From Candidatus Eiseniibacteriota bacterium (lineage in GTDB: Bacteria > Orphanbacterota > Orphanbacteria > Orphanbacterales > Orphanbacteraceae): 51,141 nucleotides of DNA. The stretch spans positions 62,001 to 113,141 of the forward strand of contig JBDROZ010000023.1 in the NCBI GenBank assembly GCA_043809585.1, given 5' to 3'. Below the pieces are notes generated by a model. That model worked only from the letters and a program-made list of their open reading frames with translations, searched no databases and had not been told where the DNA came from. This document shows, piece by piece, positions 8,779-18,514 of this stretch (within the stretch, counting starts at the first letter, position 1; each line of letters opens with the position of its first letter). Position numbers and translations under genes: made by a program.

Positions 8779-9951
8779 TTACTCGTCCTCGAACTCGGGC
8801 GGTTCACTCCCCATGTTCTCGAGCATCCAGGTCGCGTTCTTCACGAGGTCGTCGCCGCACTCCGCCCCGTGGTCGATCACTTCCTGAAAAGTCGCCCGGG
8901 CCAGGTCGAAGTCGTGGAGCTCCTCCGCGTAAACGAATCCGATCATGAAACGGGCCTCGCAGACGTGCGAATCGTCCCCGTAGTTCACGACGATTTCCCG
9001 GTAGTATTTGATGCGCGTGAGCGGATCCGAGGACGACTGGGCGAGCTTGAAGAGCTTCTCCGCGGGGCGCTCCTCTTCCCCCTTCGCTCCTGTAACTCCG
9101 GCATCCAGAGCGCTCGGAACGATCTCGACGCCGAATTTCTCCTTGAGGAGGGCGACCTTCTCCTTCCGCACCTTCTCGGCGAAACGCTGCGAGTAGTTGC
9201 GCCGGATCGTCTCGCGGACCTTCTCGAAGGCGACCTCCGTTTCCGGATTCCGCTGCTCCACGGTGATCACGTGATAACCCTTGCCCGTCTTCACCACCGG
9301 CGAGATGGTTCCCACCGTCAGGCTGTCGATCATCATCATCAGCTCGTACGAGGACCCGACCAGGGGAATAATGGATGCGTTCTTCTGGATCGGGCCGATC
9401 CGGCCGGCCCGCGTCTTCGTCGGGATGTCGACGCAGTGCTCGGCGACGACCGCCTCCCAGCTGTCACCCCGGAGCAGGCGCCGTCTCGCCTCCAGGGCTT
9501 CCGCTTCCGTCGCCGCCACCACCTGACGCACCTCCGACTCCTCCGGCCTGGTGAACTCCTCGAGGTTCTCCTCGTAGTACGCGATCATGTCCGTCTCGGT
9601 CATCTGCGTGTAAGGCAGGACCTCCCGCTGATAATAGGACTGGATCAGGACCCCGCGCTCCGCGGATTCGATCCGCCGTTTCACCTCCGGGTTCTCTTCC
9701 AGCTTCATGTCGAGGGCGGCCAGGAGAAACGCCTCTTCGTCGAGCATCCCCTCGAGGAGTTTCTCCCCCCCCTCTTCCCCTTCGAACTGGCTCTGGATAT
9801 TGGGCGGCATCTCCGCGAGTCGCCGCTCCAGGTCGGCGCGCGTGATGACATGGTCCCCGATGCGGGCGACTACGTCCCCCTCCTTGCCGGACCCGCCGCA
9901 ACCGATGAGCAGCGTTCCCGAGAGGACGAGCAGCAAAGGAAAGCGCTTCAT
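8779..9951 (-). CDS. PrsA/SurA-like parvulin peptidyl-prolyl isomerase lipoprotein with C-terminal TPR-like region
   Basis: Lipobox LIGC; VVARIGDHVITRADL; SPVVKTGKGYHVI; EARFMIGFVYAEELHDFDLARATF TPR-like helix pair. Confidence 0.8.
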   Translation of the reverse strand: MKRFPLLLVLSGTLLIGCGGSGKEGDVVARIGDHVITRADLERRLAEMPPNIQSQFEGEEGGEKLLEGMLDEEAFLLAALDMKLEENPEVKRRIESAERGVLIQSYYQREVLPYTQMTETDMIAYYEENLEEFTRPEESEVRQVVAATEAEALEARRRLLRGDSWEAVVAEHCVDIPTKTRAGRIGPIQKNASIIPLVGSSYELMMMIDSLTVGTISPVVKTGKGYHVITVEQRNPETEVAFEKVRETIRRNYSQRFAEKVRKEKVALLKEKFGVEIVPSALDAGVTGAKGEEERPAEKLFKLAQSSSDPLTRIKYYREIVVNYGDDSHVCEARFMIGFVYAEELHDFDLARATFQEVIDHGAECGDDLVKNATWMLENMGSEPPEFEDE

Positions 9952-9982
9952 CTCCTCACTCCTCCATAACTGCGGGCGGCCT

Positions 9983-10426
9983 CTACTTCTTGACGACCCA
10001 GACCTTGATGGCGCACTCCACGTCCTTGTGGAGCTTGATGGGCACCGTATACACTCCGAGAGCCTTGAGAGGTTCTTCGAGGAGAATCCGCCGCCGGTCG
10101 ATTTCGAACCCCTGGGCGCGGAGGAGCTCTTCGATGTCGTGGGAGGTGATGGAGCCGAACAGCTTGTCGTCCTCGCCCACCTGCGCGGCCGCGGTTACGG
10201 AAACCTTCTTCAGCTTCTCCGACATCCGCTCCGCCTGCCGCTGGATCTTGTTCTCCCGTACGGACCGGAGCTTCTCCTCTTCATGGAACATACGGAGGTT
10301 CCCGGGCGTCGCCTCCACGGCGAGCTGCTTCGGGATCAGGTAGTTGCGGGCGAACCCCCGGGCGACGTTCACGCTGTCGCCGCGGTCGCCGAGGTTTTCC
10401 ACCGTCTCTCTCAGAATCACTTTCAC
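9983..10426 (-). CDS. rplI: 50S ribosomal protein L9
   Basis: MKVIL, GFARNYLIP and KLFGSIT motifs. Confidence 0.98.
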   Translation of the reverse strand: MKVILRETVENLGDRGDSVNVARGFARNYLIPKQLAVEATPGNLRMFHEEEKLRSVRENKIQRQAERMSEKLKKVSVTAAAQVGEDDKLFGSITSHDIEELLRAQGFEIDRRRILLEEPLKALGVYTVPIKLHKDVECAIKVWVVKK

Positions 10427-10444
10427 AGCAAGTCCCTCGCTTTC

Positions 10445-11383
10445 CTAGGGCTTTCCGGAGTCTTCCGGCGCCCGCTCCAGCCGACGGAAGTCGAACCACG
10501 TGTCGAAAAGGCCGGTGCTGACGGCCAGGACCACAAAGAACGGGAAGACCAACAGCACCGCCACCGCGAAGAAGAGAATCTGGGCCGCGTAGGGCACTTT
10601 TCTCTTCCGGAACTGGCCGGTCAGGACGCCGAGGCCCTGAACCAGGTAAACCGACGATCCGAGCAGGAGGAGGTTCGCCCCCGCCTCCATCCACGGGGTC
10701 CGCCCGGTCAGCGTCCCCGCGAGCCCCGCCGCGAAGACCCAGACGAACCCGAAGGGGGCCCGCCAGGTTCCGAACCGGGGGAGTTCCTCCGCCTTCCCTC
10801 CGAACCGGCGGATCAGGGAGACGGAGAAACCGTAGACCAGAATCGTGATGCCGAGGTGGACCGCGTAGATCCAGCCCGGCACGAGGACCACGGCGAACCC
10901 GGCCGCATCCGCGAGCATCGAAACCGTGCCCGGATCGACGCCGAATCCCTGATACAACTCCCGGGCCGTCTCGGCCGCGCGGGCCGCCTCTTCGACGCGC
11001 CCCGGTCCGACGGCGATGCGGAAGAACTCGATCACCGCGAGGACCAGGTACGGAAGAGAAGCGACCCCGATCGCCCGGTCCGGCCGGTCCCCCCGGGAGA
11101 TCCCCCTCCCGAGAAGAAGACCGGAAATCCCGACGGGAAGGGCGGCCGCGCCGACGCCGAGGGCGCCCCGGCCCGCGACGAGAAGGAGCGCCACGCCGGC
11201 CCCCACCGCCGCCGCCGCCCGTGCTCCGTTCACGCGGTAGAGCAGGGCGAGCGCCGGGGGCGCGAGCAGGGTTCCGGCCACCCCAAGGAGCGTCCCGGTC
11301 CCCGCGCCGGCGACGAGCGCCGCCGCGACGCCGAAGAGCACCCAGAATGGGGGCATCGGACGGGCCGCTGTTCCGCCTGTCAT
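10445..11383 (-). CDS. DUF2232 (YybS-like) membrane protein
   Basis: Multi-TM hydrophobic ORF ending GLFDTWFDFRR, in the canonical position between rpsR and rplI. Confidence 0.85.
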   Translation of the reverse strand: MTGGTAARPMPPFWVLFGVAAALVAGAGTGTLLGVAGTLLAPPALALLYRVNGARAAAAVGAGVALLLVAGRGALGVGAAALPVGISGLLLGRGISRGDRPDRAIGVASLPYLVLAVIEFFRIAVGPGRVEEAARAAETARELYQGFGVDPGTVSMLADAAGFAVVLVPGWIYAVHLGITILVYGFSVSLIRRFGGKAEELPRFGTWRAPFGFVWVFAAGLAGTLTGRTPWMEAGANLLLLGSSVYLVQGLGVLTGQFRKRKVPYAAQILFFAVAVLLVFPFFVVLAVSTGLFDTWFDFRRLERAPEDSGKP

Positions 11384-11401
11384 CGAAACGTCCCCGCCGG
11401 C

Positions 11402-11638
11402 TTATTCCCCCACGTACGGGATCAGCGCCACCTGGCGCGCCCTCTTGATCGCGGTCGTCAGCGCCCGCTGGTGCTTGGCGCAGGTCCCCGAGATGCGCCG
11501 GGGCACGATCTTCCCCCGGTCCGTGATGAACCGGCGGAGCCGCTTCTCGTCTTTGTACTCGATGGTCGTGATCTTGTCGGCGCAGAACTTGCAGACTTTG
11601 CGCCTTCCTCGACGGTCATCCTCGCGACCTCTCGGCAT
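11402..11638 (-). CDS. rpsR: 30S ribosomal protein S18
   Basis: [21 protein letters not shown] and [13 protein letters not shown] motifs. Confidence 0.98.
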   Translation of the reverse strand: MPRGREDDRRGRRKVCKFCADKITTIEYKDEKRLRRFITDRGKIVPRRISGTCAKHQRALTTAIKRARQVALIPYVGE

Positions 11639-11713
11639 GGTGACGATTCCTCCTCGTGAAATGTCTCCCGGTTCCGCCGCTCCGGCGGCCCCGAGCGTTT
11701 CTGATTCGCCGTC

Positions 11714-12142
11714 CTAGAACGGGATGTCGTCGTCCTCCCCGGGGGGCATGTCCGTGTCGGCGTTCTCACCGCTCCCGGAATCGGACGTCCCCGAATCCCT
11801 TTTGTCGAGCACCTGAACGCTGAGGGCGTTCACCTCGATCGTGCTCCGGCGCGAGCCGTCCTGGGCTTCCCACGACCTGCTCTGGAGCCGCCCTTCGACG
11901 AACAGGGCGCTCCCCTTCTTCGCCTGGTTCGAGAGCCTCTCCGCGAGCTTCCGCCACGCCACCACGTTGACAAAACAGGTCTCGTCGCGCCACTCGCCCC
12001 CCTGGTCCTGGAAGCGCCGGTTCACGGCGAGGCCCATGTTGACCACCGCCGCGCCCCCCGCCGTATACCTCGTCTCGGGATCCCGAGTCAGCCTGCCGAT
12101 GAGTAGGACCTTGTTCAGCGTTCCCAACCGCACCTCCGCCAT
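11714..12142 (-). CDS. ssb: single-stranded DNA-binding protein
   Basis: LNKVLLIGRLTRDPE, VEGRLQSRSW and C-terminal DDDIPF. Confidence 0.98.
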   Translation of the reverse strand: MAEVRLGTLNKVLLIGRLTRDPETRYTAGGAAVVNMGLAVNRRFQDQGGEWRDETCFVNVVAWRKLAERLSNQAKKGSALFVEGRLQSRSWEAQDGSRRSTIEVNALSVQVLDKRDSGTSDSGSGENADTDMPPGEDDDIPF

Positions 12143-12263
12143 CCCTTTCGCTCCTTTCCCCCCGAGTCCGCCGGCCCCGTCGCCGGCCGGATTAGGGCCA
12201 TGGTCCTCGCATTCCGCCCCACCCCGGCCCGGCCGGGAGGGACGCCCGTCCCCTTCCGGGACT

Positions 12264-12445
12264 CTAAAACCGGTTTCACAACCTCCATTCTACTGCGATC
12301 GGCTGCAAGGCCCGGCGGCTGCGTACTCGGGCAAAAACGTCCTCAATGGCCTTCTTAGGCCACCTCCGGGCGTTTTCCCCCTTGATCCTTGCCGCCGGAC
12401 CTTTCGCTCGATCTCGCGACGAAGGAGGTTGCGAAACCGATTCTA
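12264..12445. mobile_element. MITE copy 3 (diverged), at the rpsF stop codon
   Basis: TIRs TAAAACCGGTTTCACAACCTCC / (rc) TAGAATCGGTTTCGCAACCTCC; the interior aligns with 8443-8625. Confidence 0.8.
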
Positions 12446-12943
12446 CTCGGTCTCGACTTCGGGCTTCTTCGTCTCTTCGGCGACTCCCTCGCCGTGGCCG
12501 GGTTCCGCCGCCGGGGCTTCCTCGGACGCCTTCACCACGACGGGCGGGTCTCCGGCGGGAGCCTTCTCGGCCTTCGGCGCCGGAGGAGCGGCGTGCTCCT
12601 CGTCCCGGCGGGGGTGGCCGTGATCCTCTTCGAGCCCCACGGTGGGCCCGTCCGGGAGACTGTCCTTCCGGAAGACCATGTGACGGAGGACCGCCTCGTT
12701 CAGACGAAACGAACGCTGCAGGCCCGCGACGCGCGACGGCGAATCCTCGAAATGAAGCACGAAGTAGTGACCGTCCCACTCCTTGCGGATCTCGTAGGCG
12801 AGGCGCCGCTTGCCCATGCGCTCCACGCTATGGAGCGAGCCGTCGCCCGACTCGATCAGATTCTTGATTTTCTCCATCTCCGCGTCGACCTCGTTCGCCT
12901 CGAGGCGGCCGCTGAAGATCACCATGGATTCGTAAATGGCCAA
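12443..12943 (-). CDS. rpsF: 30S ribosomal protein S6 with a long acidic/Pro-Ala tail
   Basis: [16 protein letters not shown] and LNEAVLRHM motifs; TTG start after AAGGAGG. Confidence 0.95.
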   Translation of the reverse strand: MAIYESMVIFSGRLEANEVDAEMEKIKNLIESGDGSLHSVERMGKRRLAYEIRKEWDGHYFVLHFEDSPSRVAGLQRSFRLNEAVLRHMVFRKDSLPDGPTVGLEEDHGHPRRDEEHAAPPAPKAEKAPAGDPPVVVKASEEAPAAEPGHGEGVAEETKKPEVETE

Positions 12944-12965
12944 CCGATTCTTCCTCCTTCTCTCC

Positions 12966-15014
12966 CTACCTGAGGAATATGGGCGCCAGGACCAGGGAGA
13001 CAACCGACATCAGCTTGATCAGAATGTTGAGCGACGGCCCGGCGGTGTCCTTGAAGGGATCGCCCACCGTGTCCCCCACGACGGCGGCCTTGTGGGCGTC
13101 CGAACCCTTGCCGCCGAGAGCCCCGGCCTCGATGTACTTTTTCGCGTTGTCCCAGGCGCCCCCCGAGTTCGCCATGAAGATGGCGAGGAGAACGCCGGAG
13201 ACGGTGACGCCCGCGAGGAGTCCCCCGAGGACGCGCACGTCGATCAGGCCGACCACCACGGGAGTGATGACGGCCAGAAGACCCGGAGCGATCATCTCTT
13301 TGATCGCGCCGGCGGTGGAGATGTCGACGCACCGGGCGTAGTCGGCCGTCGCCTTCCCTTCCATCAAACCGGGGATCTCGCGGAACTGGCGCCGCACCTC
13401 CTCGATCATCTTGAAGGCCGCCTTCCCCACGGCGCGGATCGCCATGGACGAGAAGAGGAAGGGCATGGCGCCGCCCACGAGGAGTCCCGCCATCACCTTC
13501 GGCTCCAGAATGTTCAGCCCCTCCGAATGCAGGCCCACCTTGGCGGTGAAGGCGCTGAAGAGGGCGAGCGCGGTGAGGGCCGCCGAGCCGATGGCGAACC
13601 CCTTTCCGATCGCGGCGGTCGTGTTCCCCACCGCGTCGAGCTTGTCCGTCCGGGAACGGACTTCGGGGCCGAGATGGGCCATCTCCGCCACGCCCCCGGC
13701 GTTGTCCGCGATGGGGCCGTAGGCGTCGACGGCGAGCTGGATGCCGATCGTGGAGAGCATGCCGAGGGCGGCGATGGCGATGCCGTAAAGGCCCGCCTGG
13801 TTCTCGGCGATGACGATCGCCGCGGCGATGACGACCACCGGCGCCGCCGTGGACCGGAGCCCGAGCGCGATTCCCGAGATGATGTTCGTCGCCGCGCCCG
13901 TGGTCGAATCGTCGGCGATGCCTCGGGCCGGCTTCCTCGCCTCGGAGGTGTAGTACTCGGTGATGAGCCCCACCGCAACGCCCGCCGCCAGCCCCGCCAC
14001 GGTCGCCCAGAAGACGCCCATGGCGGTGAAAGTCCGGTCCCCCGACACCCACGAGGCGGGCAGCATCCCGCGGATCACGAAGAACGAGACGATGAGCATC
14101 AGGATGCCCGCGCCGAAGGTGCCGACGTTGAGGGCCGTCTGGGGATTCCCCCCCTCGCCGGTCCTGACGAAGAAGGTCCCGACGATGGAAACCAAGATGC
14201 CGAAAGCGGCGAGCACGAGGGGCAGCATCACGGCGCCCAGGTCCCCCGGGAGGAACGCCACGCCGAGGATCATCCCGCCCACGATGGAGCCGACGTACGA
14301 CTCGAAGAGGTCCGCCCCCATGCCGGCCACGTCCCCCACGTTGTCCCCCACGTTGTCGGCGATCACGGCCGGGTTCCGCGGGTCGTCCTCGGGGATGCCC
14401 GCTTCCACCTTGCCCACCAGGTCGGCGCCCACGTCGGCCGCCTTCGTGTAGATGCCCCCGCCGACACGGGCGAAGAGGGCGATGGAGCTCGCCCCGAGGC
14501 TGAAGCCGGAGAGCACCGAGAGCAGCCGGGACATGGTCCAATCGAAGCCCGAGTTCCTGTAGACGAGGAAGAGGACCGACAGTCCGAGGATGCCGAGGCC
14601 CACCACGCAGAGACCCATCACGCTGCCGCCGGAGAAGGCGACCCCGAGGGCCTTGGAGAGGCTGGTCCGGGCCGCTTGGGCCGCGCGCACATTGGCCGCC
14701 GTGGCGACGCGCATGCCGAAGAAACCGGCCAACCCCGACGCGAGGGCGCCGCAGATAAAGGAGAGCGCCACCAACGGATGGGTATCTTCCCCCCGGGAAA
14801 AGACGGCGAGAAGCACGGCGGCGACCGCCACGAAGACGGCGAGCACGCGGTATTCCCGTCCGAGAAACGCCATGGCGCCGGTCCGGATGTGCCCGGCGAT
14901 GGTCTGCATTTCTTCGGTCCCGGGATCCTGACGGTTCACCCAGGCCGACTTCCAGAATGCGAACAACAGTGCGAGGACGCCCGCGGCGGGCACGAGGTAG
15001 ATTGCCTGACTCAT
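12966..15014 (-). CDS. hppA: membrane-integral pyrophosphatase, K+-dependent type (probably Na+-translocating)
   Basis: [30 protein letters not shown] (Ala at the K+-dependence position) and [11 protein letters not shown]. Confidence 0.95.
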   Translation of the reverse strand: MSQAIYLVPAAGVLALLFAFWKSAWVNRQDPGTEEMQTIAGHIRTGAMAFLGREYRVLAVFVAVAAVLLAVFSRGEDTHPLVALSFICGALASGLAGFFGMRVATAANVRAAQAARTSLSKALGVAFSGGSVMGLCVVGLGILGLSVLFLVYRNSGFDWTMSRLLSVLSGFSLGASSIALFARVGGGIYTKAADVGADLVGKVEAGIPEDDPRNPAVIADNVGDNVGDVAGMGADLFESYVGSIVGGMILGVAFLPGDLGAVMLPLVLAAFGILVSIVGTFFVRTGEGGNPQTALNVGTFGAGILMLIVSFFVIRGMLPASWVSGDRTFTAMGVFWATVAGLAAGVAVGLITEYYTSEARKPARGIADDSTTGAATNIISGIALGLRSTAAPVVVIAAAIVIAENQAGLYGIAIAALGMLSTIGIQLAVDAYGPIADNAGGVAEMAHLGPEVRSRTDKLDAVGNTTAAIGKGFAIGSAALTALALFSAFTAKVGLHSEGLNILEPKVMAGLLVGGAMPFLFSSMAIRAVGKAAFKMIEEVRRQFREIPGLMEGKATADYARCVDISTAGAIKEMIAPGLLAVITPVVVGLIDVRVLGGLLAGVTVSGVLLAIFMANSGGAWDNAKKYIEAGALGGKGSDAHKAAVVGDTVGDPFKDTAGPSLNILIKLMSVVSLVLAPIFLR

Positions 15015-15616
15015 CACTCTCTCGCCTTTTCTCCGTTTCCCCCCTCATCCAGGGATGTCTTCCGATTACAGCGCCCCATCGCGCCCTCCACGCCGACCGC
15101 GGCCCACATGCGGACGCACGAGACGGCCTCGTCGATCATTCGCTCCACCGCCGGCGTCTCGTCCGCCGCGAAGCGGCGGAGAACGAAATCGGCGAGGTCC
15201 GCCGTTCCCGCGGGCGCCGGCCCGACGCCGAGGCGGATGCGCGCGAAGTCTTCCGTGCCGACTTCGCCGATGACGGACGCGAGGCCCTTCTGGCCCCCGT
15301 CGCTCCCCTTCGCGCGGATGCGGATCCGCCCGAGGGGCAGGTTCACGTCGTCGGATACCACGAGTAGATCGGCCAGGCCGAGACCCCGGTCATCGAGGAG
15401 ATCCGCCACGGCCCCGCCGCTCCGGTTCATGTAGGTCGTGGGCTTGACGAGCAACGCCCGTTTCCCCGCGATCCTCGAACCGAGGCAGAGGTAGCGCGGC
15501 CTCTCCTCGAACGGTCCCCGTCCACCGGCCAGCATATCGACCACGCGGAACCCGACATTGTGCCGGGTGCCTTCGTATTCCCCTCCGGGGTTTCCGAGCC
15601 CGACTACGGCGAGCAC
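15014..15616 (-). CDS. pth: peptidyl-tRNA hydrolase
   Basis: [13 protein letters not shown] and [10 protein letters not shown] motifs. Confidence 0.97.
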   Translation of the reverse strand: MLAVVGLGNPGGEYEGTRHNVGFRVVDMLAGGRGPFEERPRYLCLGSRIAGKRALLVKPTTYMNRSGGAVADLLDDRGLGLADLLVVSDDVNLPLGRIRIRAKGSDGGQKGLASVIGEVGTEDFARIRLGVGPAPAGTADLADFVLRRFAADETPAVERMIDEAVSCVRMWAAVGVEGAMGRCNRKTSLDEGGNGEKARE

Positions 15617-15693
15617 GGGAGACTCCGGAACCCGGGGCCCGAAGGCGCGGCGTTCGGCGGGTGGAATGACATGGTCTCCCCGTCACTCCACGA

Positions 15694-16362
15694 CTAGGAG
15701 GATTCGGCTTCCGCCTTCTCCTCCGACTCGTCGTCCTTGGCCCCCTCGGCGGCTTCGGCCTCGGCGGCCTCGGCCTCGGCGGCCTCTTCCTCGAGAGTCA
15801 TCTTCCGCGGCGCCGCGACGGCCACCACCAAGACGTCTCCGTGAGTCGCGAACTCTTCTTTCCCATGGGGGATGTCGGCGACATGAACCGAGTCGCCGAT
15901 CTCCATGGCGGTCACGTCGATTTCGTAATGCTCGGGGATCTCCCCCGGCAGGCAGCGGATCTCGATCTCCCGGGTCTGCACGTCCATGACGCCGCCATGG
16001 ATCTTCACGCCGACCGCTTCCCCGAGGATCACGATGGGGACCGTGACGTTGTACTTCCGGGTCATGTCCACCTTCAGAAGGTCGCAGTGCAGGATCTCCC
16101 GGGTGAGCGGGTCCCGCTGGACCTCGCGAAACACGGTCGTCACCGGCGTTGCATCCCCCTCGATCTCGAGATCGATGAGGAGGGTCGCCCCGTGGGCCCT
16201 CTTCAGAACCGGCTTCAGCTCGGTCTGCTGGATCTCGATCCGGCGCGCATCCTCTCCGAACCCATAGAGGACGCCGGGAACGCGCCCGGCCTTTCTCAGC
16301 TGCTTCAGCTCGCTCCGCTTCTCCGTGCCGCGGGGCGCCGCCTTCAAGGTCGCTTTCGACAT
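15694..16362 (-). CDS. rplY: 50S ribosomal protein L25/Ctc
   Basis: GRVPGVLYG, VQRDP...HCD, GEAVGVK.GG and an acidic tail. Confidence 0.95.
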   Translation of the reverse strand: MSKATLKAAPRGTEKRSELKQLRKAGRVPGVLYGFGEDARRIEIQQTELKPVLKRAHGATLLIDLEIEGDATPVTTVFREVQRDPLTREILHCDLLKVDMTRKYNVTVPIVILGEAVGVKIHGGVMDVQTREIEIRCLPGEIPEHYEIDVTAMEIGDSVHVADIPHGKEEFATHGDVLVVAVAAPRKMTLEEEAAEAEAAEAEAAEGAKDDESEEKAEAESS

Positions 16363-16434
16363 CTCCGAACTCCCGGGGGAATGGCCCCCTGATTCGCCCC
16401 GGCGCCGGACGGGCCGGCGGCCGGTTCCGTTCCT

Positions 16435-17367
16435 CTACTCCACGAAGAGGGAACTGACCGATTCCTCCCGGTGGATCCTCTGGATCGCCTCGCCGAGCAG
16501 GCCCGCGACGCTGAGGGATCGGATCTTCTTGCTTCCCCCCCGGAAAGGCACCGAATCGGTCACCACGAGTTCCGTGATCTCCGACTTGTCGAGACGCTCC
16601 GCCGCCGAGCCGGAAAGGACCGGATGGGTGATCGCCCCGTAAATGTCCCGGGCCCCCTCGTCCTTCAGCTTGGCGATGGCCGCCACCAGCGTGCCTGCCG
16701 TATCGACCAGGTCGTCGACGATGAGCACGTTCTTGTTCTCCACGTCGCCGATGACGTGGTAGACCTCCGCCACGTTCGGCTCGGGCCGGCGCTTGTCGAT
16801 GATCGCGAGGCCCGCGTCGAGCCGCTTCGCGTAGGCCCGTGCCATCTTGACGCTGCCGATGTCGGGCGACACCACCACGAGGTCCCCGAGCTTCTGCTGC
16901 TGGTAGTGCTTCACCAGCACGGGGGCCGCGTACAGGTGGTCCACCGGGATATCGAAGAAACCCTGGATCTGGCTCGAGTGCAGATCCATGGTCAGCACCC
17001 GGTCGACGCCGGACGTGGCGATCAGGTTCGCCACCACCTTCGCCGAGATCGCCACCCGGGGGCGGTCCTTCCGGTCCTGGCGGGCGTACCCGAAATAGGG
17101 GATCACCGCCGTGACCCGCCGCGCCGACGCGCGCTTCAATGCGTCGACGATGAAGAGCAGCTCGAGCAGGTTCTCGGCGGGCGAGAAAGTGGGCTGAATG
17201 ACGAAAGCATCCACGCCCCGGGCGTTCTCCCCGATCATGATGGAGATCTCGCCGTCCGAGAATCGCCGTACGTCGATGGCCGACAGATGGGTCCCCGCCG
17301 AGCGGGCGATCCGCTTCGCCAACTCCGGATGGGCCAGGCCCGAGAAGATCTTCAATCCGCCGTCCAT
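16435..17367 (-). CDS. prs: ribose-phosphate pyrophosphokinase
   Basis: RFSDGEI, PYFGYARQDRK, DLHSSQIQGFF and VDDLVDTAGT motifs; ATG after GGAGG. Confidence 0.98.
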   Translation of the reverse strand: MDGGLKIFSGLAHPELAKRIARSAGTHLSAIDVRRFSDGEISIMIGENARGVDAFVIQPTFSPAENLLELLFIVDALKRASARRVTAVIPYFGYARQDRKDRPRVAISAKVVANLIATSGVDRVLTMDLHSSQIQGFFDIPVDHLYAAPVLVKHYQQQKLGDLVVVSPDIGSVKMARAYAKRLDAGLAIIDKRRPEPNVAEVYHVIGDVENKNVLIVDDLVDTAGTLVAAIAKLKDEGARDIYGAITHPVLSGSAAERLDKSEITELVVTDSVPFRGGSKKIRSLSVAGLLGEAIQRIHREESVSSLFVE

Positions 17368-17418
17368 GCCGCCTCCCCCGAGAGGGCACAATCCGGCCCT
17401 TCCGGACATAGACAAAGA

Positions 17419-17447
17419 AGTATAGAGAGGGATCGGAACCGGGTCAA
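17419..17447 (-). promoter_or_regulatory. sigma70-type promoter of prs
   Basis: TTGACC-N17-TATACT. Confidence 0.7.
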
Positions 17448-17579
17448 GCAAAAGACCGGGAATGGAATCGGCCGGCCTCCGTATCCGATCCCGGTCGGTC
17501 GAAGGGCCGCCGCCGGCCGAACCCCGAGGGCCTGGGGTAATATAACACTTTGAAGGGGAAGGCATTGGTAGGGCCCGAC

Positions 17580-17770
17580 GGACTGGCTTCCTCGGACTCC
17601 TCCTCTGCACTCTGGAGCGCACGTGCTCATGTGCCGTGTCCGTCCGGAGGGGCTCGAGGGTCCGCTGCGGAATACGGGGGACACGAAACGAGTTCATGTC
17701 CCCCGCATTCCGAAGGTCCGTATCGAAGGGCTCGGGCGGAGCCAGTCCCCCCCTCACTCCGAAGCTCTAT
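17580..17770. repeat. repeat cluster containing a 43-bp palindrome (17669-17711) and the CTCGGACTCCTCCTC motif
   Basis: GGAATACGGGGGACACGAAACGAGTTCATGTCCCCCGCATTCC is the near reverse complement of 5011-5053. Confidence 0.75.
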
Positions 17771-17866
17771 GATCGGTCCGGTTTCGGTGTCACCCGTGGT
17801 TTCGATTCGGATTCGTGCCCGTCACCCACGGTTTTCCGTCGGATCCGTCTTCGGTCCCTTCCGGGG

Positions 17867-18047
17867 CACCCGGGGATCCGAATCGGTTTCGTCGCGAGGG
17901 CGGGCAGCGCGAGGCGAGAGGCCTGCTCTGGAGGAGCCGGCACCCGGAATCGTAGCCGAAGCTACGATGAGGATGCCGGCGAAGGAAGAGCTGCCTCGCA
18001 GCCCGCGATGATCGTCCGCAGCAGAAAGCGATGAGGATTCACGGGTG
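17867..18047 (+). repeat. ~180-bp long-hairpin repeat element next to the tRNA-Gln 3' end
   Basis: GGTTTCGTCGCGAGG ... CGTAGCCGAAGCTACG ... CTCGCAGCCCGCGAT ... CCGCAGCAGAAA, shared with 7774-7955. Confidence 0.8.
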
Positions 18048-18050
18048 AAG

Positions 18051-18122
18051 CTGGGGCGGGAGGATTCGAACCTCCGATGCAGGTTCCAAAGACCTGTGTC
18101 TTAACCACTTGACGACGCCCCA
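18051..18122 (-). tRNA. tRNA-Gln(TTG), CCA not encoded
   Basis: TGGGGCG...CGCCCCAG acceptor stem, anticodon arm CAGGT-CTTTGGA-ACCTG and GGTTCGAATCC T-arm. Confidence 0.97.
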
Positions 18123-18220
18123 TCGGCACGGGTCGGGGATCGCCGGGCATTATAACAGAAACGCCCGGAGGGATCGCCTCGAGAAGACGACGCTCCGGGA
18201 CGATTCCGTGGTCCTCCGGA

Positions 18221-18514
18221 TCAGAGGCTCCCCGCGGTCGATGCCGGCACGGCGCCGGACTTCGCGATCTCCTCGTGATACAACCCCAGAACTTTCTCTT
18301 CGATCTTCGCCCTCATCTGATTGTTGATCGGATGGGCGATGTCCTGGTACGTACCGTCGGAGCGCCGCCGGCTGGGCATGGCGACGAAGAGGCCGCTGTT
18401 TCCTTCGATCACCTTGAGCCCGTGGACGACGAAGCAGTCGTCGAACGTGACACTGGCGAAGGCCTTCAGCCTGTCGTCGGGTCGGATCGTGACACGTACC
18501 TCACTGATCTCCAT
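18221..18514 (-). CDS. spoVG: septation regulator SpoVG
   Basis: MEISEVRV, LKAFASVTFDD, GLFVAMPSRR and DIAHPIN motifs. Confidence 0.97.
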   Translation of the reverse strand: MEISEVRVTIRPDDRLKAFASVTFDDCFVVHGLKVIEGNSGLFVAMPSRRRSDGTYQDIAHPINNQMRAKIEEKVLGLYHEEIAKSGAVPASTAGSL

